From the NCBI GenBank assembly GCA_051251855.1, contig JBPOGI010000001.1:1344001-1408000 (forward strand): a stretch of DNA of 64,000 nt, written 5' to 3'. A program made the position numbers and the translations under genes. The notes beneath the pieces are model-generated. The model saw only the letters and a list, made by a program, of their open reading frames with translations, did no database searches and was not told the origin of the DNA. Of this stretch, positions 1 to 9,950 are shown in pieces. Every line of letters begins with the position of its first letter. Within the stretch, counting starts at the first letter, position 1. Source of the DNA: Roseibacillus sp. GTDB lineage: Bacteria > Verrucomicrobiota > Verrucomicrobiia > Verrucomicrobiales > Akkermansiaceae.

Positions 1-1101
1 GAAGGTGAGCAAGCTCTTTGTGAAATCGTTGACAATCTCTGTTTCACCTCCACCTCTCAAACAACCCTCAGTCACCCATCAAAGCATACTGATTGGGCTA
101 AAAGCTTATCGAAAAGTCCATCAGGAATCCTCACCCGATTCATCGATAAACCGCGAAAAAATCGCTACCACGCTCAACTCCTTTCCGCTTTGTTTCGTCT
201 CATCGGGGACCAACTGTCAATTTTAGAAACCTTCTGCGGCGGCCAACAGAGCATCGAGGGCCGAATGCGAAGATTAAAAGCCGCAGCCAAAAAACTACAA
301 AATCATGCCTCGAACAAGTTCGATAACCGACAAAGATTCACCAAAGAAATAAAGCATCACCTGTTCATTGGCTACCCTCACCAAGCCGTCCGGGTATCTG
401 CTATGCTCTCTTTTCTCCACGACGAACTTGACCCAATCACTGACGCAACAGCCTTTCAATCCTTCCTCGAAAGGATAGCTCACATCTTTGTTGCAGAGAA
501 CTCCGATCATTTACTCGAGGTGATTTGTCGCCTCGCCATTGCAAAGGCTGCTTACGATGAGGGCTTTAAAATCGAAAAAATCGTCACCGAAAATAGCCGT
601 TCAAAAAAGGAACTCACAGTCGAAATGCGAAATGCTGAGGGGGTACCCTTTTTGATTAGTAAGGGCCGTAGATTCATTAAAGAGAATACCCAGTCAAACG
701 ATTTATCCTCTCAGATCCAAAATTGTGGGCGAGCAATGGGTGATTTTCCTTCCGGGCTAGAACCCGATATTTGCATCAAGTTCAATGATCGGATTTTTCT
801 CGGTGACGCCAAGAGGAACCCAACTGGCGACGGAAGGGCCTACCGGGCAAGTTCAATCAAAACCTGCGCGAGCTATCTCCTAGAATACAAAAACGAAATC
901 GAAAATTCCCATCCTAAGCTTACTCTCTTCTTTCTGCAGGGAGGCTCAAAAATCGCGAACATCACACGTGATTACATTGAGAGAGATGGCCTCCCAGATT
1001 GCAGACAAATTCCAATAATTGGCTTGGGTCTAGATCAAGATGATTTTGAAGGAACAGTCATTATGAAATGGTTTCAAAAAATCTCTGAAATCTCTGCATA
1101 G
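1..1101 (+). CDS. PD-(D/E)xK nuclease, McrC/DUF2357-like (5'-partial)
   Basis: Frame is open from base 1 (EGEQALCEIVD...HTDWAKSL); C-terminal LEPDICIKFNDRIFLGDAK fits PD...DAK. Confidence 0.6.
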   Translation, partial: EGEQALCEIVDNLCFTSTSQTTLSHPSKHTDWAKSLSKSPSGILTRFIDKPRKNRYHAQLLSALFRLIGDQLSILETFCGGQQSIEGRMRRLKAAAKKLQNHASNKFDNRQRFTKEIKHHLFIGYPHQAVRVSAMLSFLHDELDPITDATAFQSFLERIAHIFVAENSDHLLEVICRLAIAKAAYDEGFKIEKIVTENSRSKKELTVEMRNAEGVPFLISKGRRFIKENTQSNDLSSQIQNCGRAMGDFPSGLEPDICIKFNDRIFLGDAKRNPTGDGRAYRASSIKTCASYLLEYKNEIENSHPKLTLFFLQGGSKIANITRDYIERDGLPDCRQIPIIGLGLDQDDFEGTVIMKWFQKISEISA

Positions 1102-1138
1102 GGCTCAAACCACCTCAGAGTTTGGGGAAACAAGCCAT

Positions 1139-1663
1139 TTAAAACCTCCCCGCCCACTGCGCTGTCTTTTTCAGCAGTGGTGACGCTGATTGGAGGGTCT
1201 TGACCAGGCGGCGATGTTGCTTGAGGTATTGTTCGAGCACCCGTAAGGCGTCTTCCCCCATCTCTTGGCCAGCGAAGAGTTCCTTGCTACGTTCGGCAAA
1301 GTCGAGGCCGGGTTGAAGGCTTTCGCTCCCCAGCTCTGCTCCCACGGGATAGTGGCTGAGGAAGAGTCGCTCCTTCTTCTTCCCGGCTAGGGCCCAGCCA
1401 TCGATCATCCAGGTCGGCGAACCAAGAGCATCTCCATGAAGAAGCTCAATCAACTTCATCTCGACTTCCCAGAGGCTCTGAATGGTCGCCAAACTCATCC
1501 CTGCAATTCTCAGATACACCACCTGCCGAACACATTCGAACAGGCGCGGGTAGACCTCTTCTACCTCAAAGGCCTGCCCTTCCAAGCCCAGCGCTCGCAG
1601 GACTGCCCCGACTTCATCCTTGCGGCACAAGAGGTCGCACGCGATTTGCTTTCTTAGGTCCAT
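1139..1663 (-). CDS. Hypothetical protein
   Basis: 174-aa ORF, last gene of a co-directional cluster; no motif recognised. Confidence 0.6.
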   Translation of the reverse strand: MDLRKQIACDLLCRKDEVGAVLRALGLEGQAFEVEEVYPRLFECVRQVVYLRIAGMSLATIQSLWEVEMKLIELLHGDALGSPTWMIDGWALAGKKKERLFLSHYPVGAELGSESLQPGLDFAERSKELFAGQEMGEDALRVLEQYLKQHRRLVKTLQSASPLLKKTAQWAGRF

Positions 1664-1707
1664 GATTTCTTAAAGCTACCGAGTATAAAAAACCCACTGC
1701 CCACCAG

Positions 1708-2262
1708 CTAAACCTCAAACACTCCCTCGATCCCAAACTTCTTCACAGCGGCGGCGGCCATCTCTTCGTCGAAGAGGTTGCTCGTGAAATCAAAGTCCTC
1801 GCTCCGCAGCAGCTTCTCGAAAAACACCTTTGGGTCCATCCCTAGAATAATCTGCAAATAGGAGGCAAACTCATCGAAGGAAACGGCACAGAACTTTCGC
1901 CACTCTTCCACGGTCTCTTCCCGTTCATCAAGAATGCGGTAAGGATCCAGCATTTCTACTTTCCCGTCTTCGAGCCGAACCGGGTAAGGTGAGCCTCCGG
2001 TCTTTGACAACCACTCGTCAAAGCGCTCAGGGAAACACGTTCGCAATCCCCAGTCGAGAAAGGCGGCCCCATACCATGAGAAACGAAAGCGGTCTTCCGA
2101 ATCCTCCAGCAAATACCGCTCCTCCCCTGCCACCACCTCCAAGACCACCGCGCCACGATGGGTCAGGATGCCGTCGGTTTCGGGAGCTTGGTGCTTTTGC
2201 CAATAGGCCAAAAGCTCAGAAGGAAATTGATTGTAAAAGTAGTCGCGCAAGGGGGAAGACAT
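1708..2262 (-). CDS. Hypothetical protein
   Basis: 184-aa acidic ORF in the same cluster. Confidence 0.6.
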   Translation of the reverse strand: MSSPLRDYFYNQFPSELLAYWQKHQAPETDGILTHRGAVVLEVVAGEERYLLEDSEDRFRFSWYGAAFLDWGLRTCFPERFDEWLSKTGGSPYPVRLEDGKVEMLDPYRILDEREETVEEWRKFCAVSFDEFASYLQIILGMDPKVFFEKLLRSEDFDFTSNLFDEEMAAAAVKKFGIEGVFEV

Positions 2263-2316
2263 CTTTGCAGAGTTTGGTGATTTGAGACCTGTTTGAAAAG
2301 CTCAGAAGAAGAGAAT

Positions 2317-2733
2317 CTAGCTGATTCTCCCAATCTCGGCCAACGCCCTCCGCGCTCGCGCATCGGCATCCCTCTCCACAGGATTGAGTTGCCAGAGTTC
2401 CCAAAAGCCCGCCCATCGTTTCTCACGATGAAGAATACGCACCCAGTGGACGAGATAGAACCAACCGAGCAAGAGCGAAACACCCAAAGGAGACCAGGCC
2501 CGCATTTGTTCTTGATGACCTTCCTCATGAGCCAAGACCCACTCGTTATCTCCACCGGGAGTGACCATGATCAATCCCGGTAAGGCTAACCCGAGCGCGC
2601 CCGACTTCCAAAGACGCTGCACCCGCACCACGCGCGCGGGCACAAACCAGACCCACGCCCATAGGGCCATGTTGACTACTACGAAGACCAGCAGCCCTGC
2701 TAAATTCAGTTTCAAACTCAAGAGATGTTCCAT
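2317..2733 (-). CDS. Small membrane-associated HExxH metallopeptidase-like protein (DUF4157-like)
   Basis: VLAHEEGHQEQ plus downstream NPVERDA; hydrophobic N-terminus. Confidence 0.6.
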   Translation of the reverse strand: MEHLLSLKLNLAGLLVFVVVNMALWAWVWFVPARVVRVQRLWKSGALGLALPGLIMVTPGGDNEWVLAHEEGHQEQMRAWSPLGVSLLLGWFYLVHWVRILHREKRWAGFWELWQLNPVERDADARARRALAEIGRIS

Positions 2734-2742
2734 TTTTTTGTT

Positions 2743-3030
2743 CTAATATTTTCGATTACTATACTCGGTTTCACAGTCACTGCAGATGGTCGCGGCGCCG
2801 GGTCCAAACGCTTTCACAAGCACCCAAATCGGAAGCCCAAGAATCACAAATCCGCCCAAGCCAACCACCAGAACTCCAGAAACAACGCCTTCCAAGCTCG
2901 CCTCCGCAGCCCAACCGACCGCTACGCCCAGCATGAAAAAAACCAGGAGAAGGGGTTGCAGACAACCCATACGCTCTTCCTTTTTCGGCACCGTCCCACT
3001 CCGGCAATGTTCGCAGTATCTCTTAGTCAT
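2743..3030 (-). CDS. Zinc-ribbon membrane protein (CxxC - two hydrophobic segments - CxxC)
   Basis: MTKRYCEHC...ICSDC; ATG at 3030 preceded by GGAGGGAGG. Confidence 0.6.
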   Translation of the reverse strand: MTKRYCEHCRSGTVPKKEERMGCLQPLLLVFFMLGVAVGWAAEASLEGVVSGVLVVGLGGFVILGLPIWVLVKAFGPGAATICSDCETEYSNRKY

Positions 3031-4117
3031 GGCTTCCTCCCTCCACTTGGGGCTCGCTACCATCGGGTAGGTCACTTCCCCTCTTCTCCGGGATCTTCGC
3101 GGCCCCCAACTGAGTCCTGACTTCCGCTAGCAGAGACTCCAGAACACCTTCCGAAATACCCCGCCCGGTCTGTAAAAAGCGGTGCCATACCAGAATAGCG
3201 ACCTCCTTAAACAAAGACTCCGGCAGTTCAGAAAGAGCCATCTCTTTTGGAAGCGCAAAGCCATAGCTGATGCGCTCTTGGGGCAGCGTGAGGGGATGCT
3301 TCTCACCGGCCTCGATACGGATGGAAATCGAGGCTCGGTTCCAAGGCTTTCGCGCCACCGCACCCTCCACAACGACCACCCCTCCCAGGATTTGCAGCTG
3401 GTAGAGATTGGGCACCAGAACGCACAACTCCTCGGATCGGACTTCGACTCTCATCACTTGGTCCGAATCCAAGTTCAAAGGAAAATGCCCATCAGCAAAA
3501 GTGTTCGCGATCACCTCTGGGCTCTCCAACATCAGATGGCAAGGATACTCCCCAGTCACCTGGTGCTGCTTCTTCATGAAGGGAGGAAAGAGCCGCCAGT
3601 CGGCTTCCCACAGCGGGCGCAAAGAACCACCTCTCTGGTAACTCTCGTCTTCCCCCCGAGAAGGAAAGGTCAGGAGACTCAAACAGGATAGAAGTTCATT
3701 CTTAAGAACAAAAAAACCTAACTGCTCGAACTTAGAGACCAAGTCAGTTGCCAGCACATCCAGCTCCTCAAGCCCCATGTTCTTCAAGTCAAAATCAAGC
3801 TCAACCGTCTCGAAAAGAACCGCAACGTTCTTGGAACTCTCAACCGGGGAGCCCATATCCTTCAGGCGCGCTCCTGGCAGCAGGAGATACTGGGACTGTT
3901 CTCCCGGAACGGCGACCAGCCAAAACCGCAACCACAACACGAGGGAACAACCCACCCTCTTATCGGATAGAGCCCGTTCTGGAGTCTCGGCCACGAAGTA
4001 GTCATGCCCTTTCCCGGAGCCCCCGAGCGTCAGTTCGTCCACAATCTTCTTGAACGAAGGCTCCTGCAGGACAGGCCGAGAACGCTCGTCATCGAGCAAC
4101 TCAATGGCTAGGCCCAT
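3023..4117 (-). CDS. Hypothetical protein
   Basis: 364-aa ORF overlapping both neighbours by a few bases. Confidence 0.65.
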   Translation of the reverse strand: MGLAIELLDDERSRPVLQEPSFKKIVDELTLGGSGKGHDYFVAETPERALSDKRVGCSLVLWLRFWLVAVPGEQSQYLLLPGARLKDMGSPVESSKNVAVLFETVELDFDLKNMGLEELDVLATDLVSKFEQLGFFVLKNELLSCLSLLTFPSRGEDESYQRGGSLRPLWEADWRLFPPFMKKQHQVTGEYPCHLMLESPEVIANTFADGHFPLNLDSDQVMRVEVRSEELCVLVPNLYQLQILGGVVVVEGAVARKPWNRASISIRIEAGEKHPLTLPQERISYGFALPKEMALSELPESLFKEVAILVWHRFLQTGRGISEGVLESLLAEVRTQLGAAKIPEKRGSDLPDGSEPQVEGGSHD

Positions 4118-5114
4118 CGGTCACCTCCCTACCACCAAAGCGAAACAACTCTCCCGAAAAACACATCGGCATCTCCCTCCTCTTGACCTCTCGCTCGGTC
4201 CGCCTGCTCAGCCGCTTAATAGCGCCACCCACTTGCCCGCCATTACCACTTCGAGCCCAAACCGACTCCAAGGTCTCTGCACCTAGCCCAGTCATGCAGA
4301 GGGTATCGAGAAGAGGGCGACGGCAGAACCCAAACGCCAATCCCTCGCAAACAGCCTTCACATGCCGAACCGTGAACAAGCCGGAGCGCATCAAATACTC
4401 ATAACCATTATGATTCTCGACCCAGAGATACAGAAACGGCACCCGTTCGACATACCCTGTCTCCAGACAAGTCATCTCCATCACCGCCAAGATTCCGTCC
4501 GAGCCACGCTCTCGAAAGACATCCTTCCGAGCAGGTCCATAATAATTATGACGGCTTGTTCGTCGCCAAAGATCCTGATCCTTCAGTTGAACATGCTCAA
4601 ACTCCGCAATCCGCAACCGGGAGCGCCCATCATTGAAGCACTGACGGTCCTCACTCTCGAGAATCGCCATCAACTCGTCATCATAAACCGCCAGATTGGT
4701 CATCACGTGGAAGGTCGCTGGAGTCAGATCCTGATAGCTCTCCTTACGAGCGAGGTATCCCTTCGAGTAAAAAACGAAGGCACTCCAATCCACCCCCGCC
4801 GAAGGATGCCAGAGCACCGAGCTGAAATCACTGGGCTCCTGTTCCAGCTCCTTCACAAATAGATCGCTCAAGCGGCGGACCTCAAAATCCGGGGCCCACT
4901 GGAGGCTCATATCATAAAGATCCCGCCCCATGCGCCCCATGCGTCGGGGGCGACGCGGCGAAGGACGACGCTCACTCGGCCCAACTGGCTTAGCTGGCTC
5001 TGCCTCCTCATTGCTCAACCGGAAGTCCGGCTCCGCTTGCTCGTTTCTCTCTTTCATTTTCATCACTTTCATAAACACAATTCTCCTATGAAAAGCCCAC
5101 CCGGGCCTTTCCAC
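4101..5114 (-). CDS. Hypothetical protein, possible Rossmann/methyltransferase-like fold; start uncertain
   Basis: 337-aa ORF; LWHPSAGVD resembles a degenerate SAM-binding loop. Confidence 0.55.
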   Translation of the reverse strand: MERPGWAFHRRIVFMKVMKMKERNEQAEPDFRLSNEEAEPAKPVGPSERRPSPRRPRRMGRMGRDLYDMSLQWAPDFEVRRLSDLFVKELEQEPSDFSSVLWHPSAGVDWSAFVFYSKGYLARKESYQDLTPATFHVMTNLAVYDDELMAILESEDRQCFNDGRSRLRIAEFEHVQLKDQDLWRRTSRHNYYGPARKDVFRERGSDGILAVMEMTCLETGYVERVPFLYLWVENHNGYEYLMRSGLFTVRHVKAVCEGLAFGFCRRPLLDTLCMTGLGAETLESVWARSGNGGQVGGAIKRLSRRTEREVKRREMPMCFSGELFRFGGREVTDGPSH

Positions 5115-5135
5115 ACAACCACTCTGACCCCAATC

Positions 5136-6437
5136 CTAACCAGCCTGAGAGAAGCCCACCGCTGGAGCCTTCTCCTCGGGCTTGACCGGCTTACCGCAGT
5201 AGACCTCCGCGAGGGAATAGGCCTCGCGCTCAACCTCTAACTGCCGCCCTAACTTCGTCGCCAACGCTTCCGCTTCAGCACGGGGCAGTAGCCCAAACTC
5301 GCGAAATGTCTTCAAGCGCCCCGAGCGCAACAGCGCTGGGTCAATCTTATCCACATGGGTATTGAAGGTCGCCACCACGTGGAGCCCCAGAGCCTGCCCC
5401 AAGATTCCATCCGTGCAGTTGAGCAAGTTACTCACCAAGGAGGCCTGGTAACCCGTGACCTGCTCGCGAGCCTGAATCAAGGCCTCGGCATCTTCCACAA
5501 TCAGCACCGTCCGCTTACCTTCTGGTCTTTTCTCCGCCAACTCAGCCCAGAACGAAAACGACTCAGGGCTCGAAATGGTCTCGAAATACTGGGTGGGCAA
5601 ATAGATAATTTGGTGCTGCGACTTAATGGTCGAAATCAAGTGCAGCAACAACGAGGTCTTTCCCACCCCGGGAGCACCCTGCAAGAGATGCAAACCCGAA
5701 CCGTCCTTCTCGAGCGAATCCAGCAACTGCTTTTGATAACCCAGAATTCCTTTCCCGCCGTAGTGCATGGTGAGTTCCTCCGGCGACATCTTTCGATCAT
5801 CCTCCATCTTCATGGGCGTTAGATTCAAATCTCCCCGGCGAGGGCACTTTGCCAAAAACTGCACCGTGGGCATCGTCCTTCGTGAGGAGGGCAACTCGTG
5901 CATGATGAAATACTTGTCCATCACCCTCTGCCACATCTCCTCACACTCCTCGTGCGAATCACTGACAATATCGACGAACCAGTTGATTCCCTTGTGCCCG
6001 CGAAAGCGAAGAAAGCGGCGATGAGACTCGTCACTCAGATTCACAATGAACTGATAGACCACCCGCAACTCACTCCCCACCTGACGAATCCCCAGGTAGT
6101 TGCCGCTTCGCAACTCTTTCCGAGGCGGCTCGAAGCATTCTTTGAACACCTTCTCATGAACCTCTGACCAAGTATCCCGGTCACTCAATCCATCCGTCTC
6201 GTCCCGAAGCGAAAACTCGATCTGCTCGTGAAAATCCTGCAACAGGTTCTCAATGCGAAAAATGCCTCCCAAACGAATGCGATGGAAAGGCCCCGCCCCC
6301 ATCTGGTGGGTGATGAGCGCCTCATCATCCTTATTAGCCAATTCGCACTCATTGAGAGCACGAACAGAGGGAAAAGGAGCATGAGACGGTGACTGCGGGG
6401 CGGGCTGAGACCGAGGTTTTGTGATAGAATTACTCAT
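5136..6437 (-). CDS. AAA+ ATPase
   Basis: Walker A GAPGVGKT, Walker B LIVEDAE, LLNCTDG, second region of homology IDPALLRSGR. Confidence 0.9.
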   Translation of the reverse strand: MSNSITKPRSQPAPQSPSHAPFPSVRALNECELANKDDEALITHQMGAGPFHRIRLGGIFRIENLLQDFHEQIEFSLRDETDGLSDRDTWSEVHEKVFKECFEPPRKELRSGNYLGIRQVGSELRVVYQFIVNLSDESHRRFLRFRGHKGINWFVDIVSDSHEECEEMWQRVMDKYFIMHELPSSRRTMPTVQFLAKCPRRGDLNLTPMKMEDDRKMSPEELTMHYGGKGILGYQKQLLDSLEKDGSGLHLLQGAPGVGKTSLLLHLISTIKSQHQIIYLPTQYFETISSPESFSFWAELAEKRPEGKRTVLIVEDAEALIQAREQVTGYQASLVSNLLNCTDGILGQALGLHVVATFNTHVDKIDPALLRSGRLKTFREFGLLPRAEAEALATKLGRQLEVEREAYSLAEVYCGKPVKPEEKAPAVGFSQAG

Positions 6438-6567
6438 AGACAGGGACGCCTTTCGATGACAGGATAGACGAAGTCAGAAAGACGAGACAAACTGTAAACA
6501 AGAAGACGGGGAACATCAAGATGTTTTTACGCTTCATCCTGTAATTTTAAATTTTCATCTATTTTCC

Positions 6568-7317
6568 ATGCTCCTTCTCGCCTCTATTGACGACCTCAAG
6601 CCTGAAAACAGCTACCTGATTAAGGGGCTCAAATCCTTTGAGGAAAAAACCACCCTGATTGGCTTCGCAGAACAGCTCATTGGATTCTTCAAAGCCTTCC
6701 ACAAGGCAAAGGGCCTCACCCCCCTCGAACACAACATCATCGCCGACCTCGAGAGTAAGCTTGGGCTCGACGTGAATCAGAACAAGAACGAAGACCCCAA
6801 GGACCTTCTTCGCACGATTCGGCACATGCTCTATGGCCACCAAACCATCTCAGGAGATCGAAGCGACAAAGAAATCACCCTCGATCACCAGGCACGAATA
6901 CAGATCCTACTCGCCAAACGCCTCGCCATTCACCGCGTCCCCCGCGAGATACGAGAATCCACATTGCAACGTCCCCTGCCCGAACTCGAAAAACTCCTCA
7001 TCCTCCCCATCGAGAACCTCAAGAGCGAACTGCTCCAATCTCCTCCAATCAAACCCAGCATAGTTGAACTCGACCGCAAACCCAACAGCCTCCTTGAGGG
7101 CCGTGCCCGCAGCGTTCTCCGTGTCCCTCTCACCCGAAACGCCGGGGATATTTTTCTCGAGCTCAACGAAATCAAAGCCAAACAACACCTCAAAGCACCT
7201 TCCATCAAACTGGAAGCGGTCGAACTCCTCATCGAGTATCTCTTCGAGCTCCAGCCCGACTCCAAGGAAGTGCAGAAGATTCGCTCCTTGTTGGAGAAAG
7301 CCAGCAAGGAGTCTTAA
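6568..7317 (+). CDS. Hypothetical protein divergent from the AAA ATPase cluster
   Basis: 249-aa ORF; no motif recognised. Confidence 0.6.
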   Translation: MLLLASIDDLKPENSYLIKGLKSFEEKTTLIGFAEQLIGFFKAFHKAKGLTPLEHNIIADLESKLGLDVNQNKNEDPKDLLRTIRHMLYGHQTISGDRSDKEITLDHQARIQILLAKRLAIHRVPREIRESTLQRPLPELEKLLILPIENLKSELLQSPPIKPSIVELDRKPNSLLEGRARSVLRVPLTRNAGDIFLELNEIKAKQHLKAPSIKLEAVELLIEYLFELQPDSKEVQKIRSLLEKASKES

Positions 7318-7429
7318 CAAAGGAGAGATTGCAGGCTCTCGCTCTTCCAGCTGAAAGCGCCCAAAGCTATACTACTAGCGTGAAAGAGCCGCTCACCTCA
7401 GCTTCTGTTTCACCAACCTAGACCACTCC

Positions 7430-8536
7430 ATGTCGACAACAAACGAAGCCCCTTTTTCTCCTCTCCAAGCCTTCCTTGAAAGCGAGGGCATCTTATTCGA
7501 ACATCCATCCCTCATCGAATCTCGTTTTCACGAAGAAATGGGTGAAGAATTATTCGAAGAATTCTACCAAGCGGAAGACAGCTTCATTGCCGGGAGAACT
7601 TCTCTCGAAGGGCTCTTCAGCATCCCTCAGACGAAGTCCCAACTTCATACTCTCTTCAGCCGCCAGAGCTACACCCTGAAGACTTGCTCCGAATGGCTCA
7701 CCGAGAAAGTCGAACAGCTACCCCCAGAACAACGCGAGCACATAACGGAATTGGGGTGCGCCACCGGCCTTCTCTCCAAATGGCTCAAAATCCAATTTCC
7801 TCACAGCCAGATCACTGGCCTAGACCGCAGCCCTGAATTCATCGAAATCGCGAGAGAGTCAGCCCCAGACTGTCACTTCATCGAATGGGACTATTCCTGC
7901 GGTAGTCCGCCCGAGGAGCTTCAACCCGCGACCGTCACGATCTCAGCCCTCGGAATCGACTTCTCCCTGAGACAAGATGAAATTTCAATCGAGCAAACCG
8001 ACCCCCCCTATCGCAAAGCCGATTCTTACGAATGGAGATACGAAGAGGCTAAGCGCATTTTGAAGTATTGGCGGGCCTCATGCGCCGAGGGAGCCACACT
8101 CCACACCATCCTCCGCGTCCCTCAACTCATTCACCTCCTTCCCTTTATTGATGCAGCTCAAGATGCCGGTTGGCAACTCGACCTCAAATCATCCGAGAAA
8201 GTCAAAATTGAAGACCCCTACGGTGAAGATGAAGTCATGCCCGGGCTCTGCTTCAAAGCGGTTCAAATCGAAACGTCACCAACCCGTATTCCCGAAGAAC
8301 GAGTGACCGGGTTCTGGATCTCTGACAGCATCGAAACAACCTTTCAAAACATTGAAGCCAGAGAGGTCTACAATCAACTCAAAGACGGAGTGGTCACCTC
8401 ACGAAAGGAGCAGGCATACGCAGATGGCACGACTAAGGTCATCATCGAGAAAACGTTCGGAACCTTCCGCATCCGATACAGCTACACCAGCACCGAATAC
8501 GCCGAGCTCGAGTTCCTTCCTCTCTTGCAGTTGTGA
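7430..8536 (+). CDS. Class I SAM-dependent methyltransferase
   Basis: ITELGCATG motif I followed by ITGLDRS. Confidence 0.75.
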   Translation: MSTTNEAPFSPLQAFLESEGILFEHPSLIESRFHEEMGEELFEEFYQAEDSFIAGRTSLEGLFSIPQTKSQLHTLFSRQSYTLKTCSEWLTEKVEQLPPEQREHITELGCATGLLSKWLKIQFPHSQITGLDRSPEFIEIARESAPDCHFIEWDYSCGSPPEELQPATVTISALGIDFSLRQDEISIEQTDPPYRKADSYEWRYEEAKRILKYWRASCAEGATLHTILRVPQLIHLLPFIDAAQDAGWQLDLKSSEKVKIEDPYGEDEVMPGLCFKAVQIETSPTRIPEERVTGFWISDSIETTFQNIEAREVYNQLKDGVVTSRKEQAYADGTTKVIIEKTFGTFRIRYSYTSTEYAELEFLPLLQL

Positions 8537-8557
8537 AGTGTCCCCTCACCCACTCCA

Positions 8558-8684
8558 CTAGAACTTTAAAACTGCTTTGAAAGAAAAGCGTGGGAGTGGT
8601 TTTCCTGACAAACCTCTGCACAGTTGCACCTCAAGAACCGACTCGCCAGCGTGGTCGACTTCTTAACACCTAGTCTTGTTAGGA
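8558..8684 (-). repeat. attC-like element, copy A (degenerate)
   Basis: 127 bp; minus strand TCCTAAC (contains the upstream gene's TAA)...GTTCTAG; shares TCAAG..CGAC..CCAGCG.GGTCGA core with copies B and C. Confidence 0.45.
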
Positions 8685-9143
8685 CCTGATGGTCGCGGAT
8701 TTGTCCACCGCCTCTTGCTCAAGAGGTGCTTCCGGGTATCCAACCGTGAGACATTCAGTCAAATACTGCCTCAGAAATCTTTCAACACTGCCAAGCCTCT
8801 CATATTGGGACGTGTGAACACATTCGTGGGCAATCAATTCGCGCTCTCCCCAGCAATCCGTTCTAATGAAGATCCCATACCGAAGCGCCATTCCTCCTGT
8901 GTTAGGTGAAATCAACCCGGTAGCTGTTGCGGCAGCACTGAGAACGGGGTCACTTGGACTGGGAACAACGCTTACCTTCAGCACTCGGATCTTCTCAGGA
9001 TGCGAGACTCCAACTAGTCGCGCATCAGCAATCCCCTCCTCTGAAAGTGGCTCGCCCTGCAGCAGGATCATCTTCTCCTGCTCTTCGACCCATTGTGTCG
9101 CGAGAGGAAGAATCGTCTCAAATTGGCTGAGGATACTATTCAT
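8679..9143 (-). CDS. DUF4157-like HExxH metallopeptidase-like protein
   Basis: LIAHECVHTSQYERLG...APLEQEA; lies exactly between two attC-like repeats. Confidence 0.75.
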   Translation of the reverse strand: MNSILSQFETILPLATQWVEEQEKMILLQGEPLSEEGIADARLVGVSHPEKIRVLKVSVVPSPSDPVLSAAATATGLISPNTGGMALRYGIFIRTDCWGERELIAHECVHTSQYERLGSVERFLRQYLTECLTVGYPEAPLEQEAVDKSATIRS

Positions 9144-9149
9144 TTTCTA

Positions 9150-9278
9150 AGACAACGTTTCAACACGACCTATCCGACTGGCTTGACGCACCTTCGCTAC
9201 CCGTACCATGCCCCTGCCTCCAGTCAAGCCTTCGACCCACCAGCGGGGTCGAATTTATGATTCTTCGTATTGTCAGCC
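9150..9278 (-). repeat. attC-like element, copy B
   Basis: 129 bp; terminal GACAA/TTGTC inverted repeat, internal GGCTTGAC/GTCAAGCC and TTCGACCC/GGGTCGAA; overlaps the HIRAN gene stop codon. Confidence 0.6.
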
Positions 9279-9884
9279 TTCTGGAACTGCCGCCTTGCGA
9301 ACGACGACTTCAACGGCACCGTAGCCACCGTGCCTATGAACCTCCTCTATCTCGCAGAGCAAGCAAACACCATCACGCAACTGTTTCCAAATCGCTACAT
9401 TACTCGTCCGCGGAATATACCCCAGCATAGCACTTTCAAATAATACAGCCACGGCATTGGCGTCATGCGGGTGAGAGGTCAACGCCACCATCCTTAAAAT
9501 CCCCCCAATTTTCAGTGTTCTCTTTATACCCGGTCCGTCGTAATACTGAAAGCCAGCAATAGGATACCTCTTTCCGTCCTCATAGAGGCCTGGAGCGCTT
9601 CTCTTGCGGCGTCGAACCGGTTGCTCACTCCGCTCATCACTGCAAGTAGGTTCAGGAAATCGGAGAATCCTCTCCGGCTTAAATGGATGAGTCAGATCTA
9701 GGATATCGATACCCAGCTCGCTAATCATTCGTTCAATGTCCAAGCTACACTTGTCACTCTGACGGATTGCTAAATCTAGCGAGTTTTGGCGCTCACCCAA
9801 AGCGCCATTCGCCGACCCGCATGCCAGCCTGAGCAACTTGTGAACTAGGTCAAATTCCCTCATCGATCCCCGAGTATGCTGCAA
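9273..9884 (-). CDS. HIRAN domain protein; start uncertain
   Basis: IAGFQYYDG...HPHDANAVAV...LGYIPR. Confidence 0.75.
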   Translation of the reverse strand: MQHTRGSMREFDLVHKLLRLACGSANGALGERQNSLDLAIRQSDKCSLDIERMISELGIDILDLTHPFKPERILRFPEPTCSDERSEQPVRRRKRSAPGLYEDGKRYPIAGFQYYDGPGIKRTLKIGGILRMVALTSHPHDANAVAVLFESAMLGYIPRTSNVAIWKQLRDGVCLLCEIEEVHRHGGYGAVEVVVRKAAVPEG

Positions 9885-9950
9885 ACTGGGATAATAAGTC
9901 GATCTTTTACTGGGGTGTCACTCGGCCGATTATGCTCATCGATTTCTTCA

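Noticed and set aside
6438..6512. Short GAC(A/G) repeats in the divergent intergenic region
   Set aside because: Too short and irregularly spaced to call as operators.
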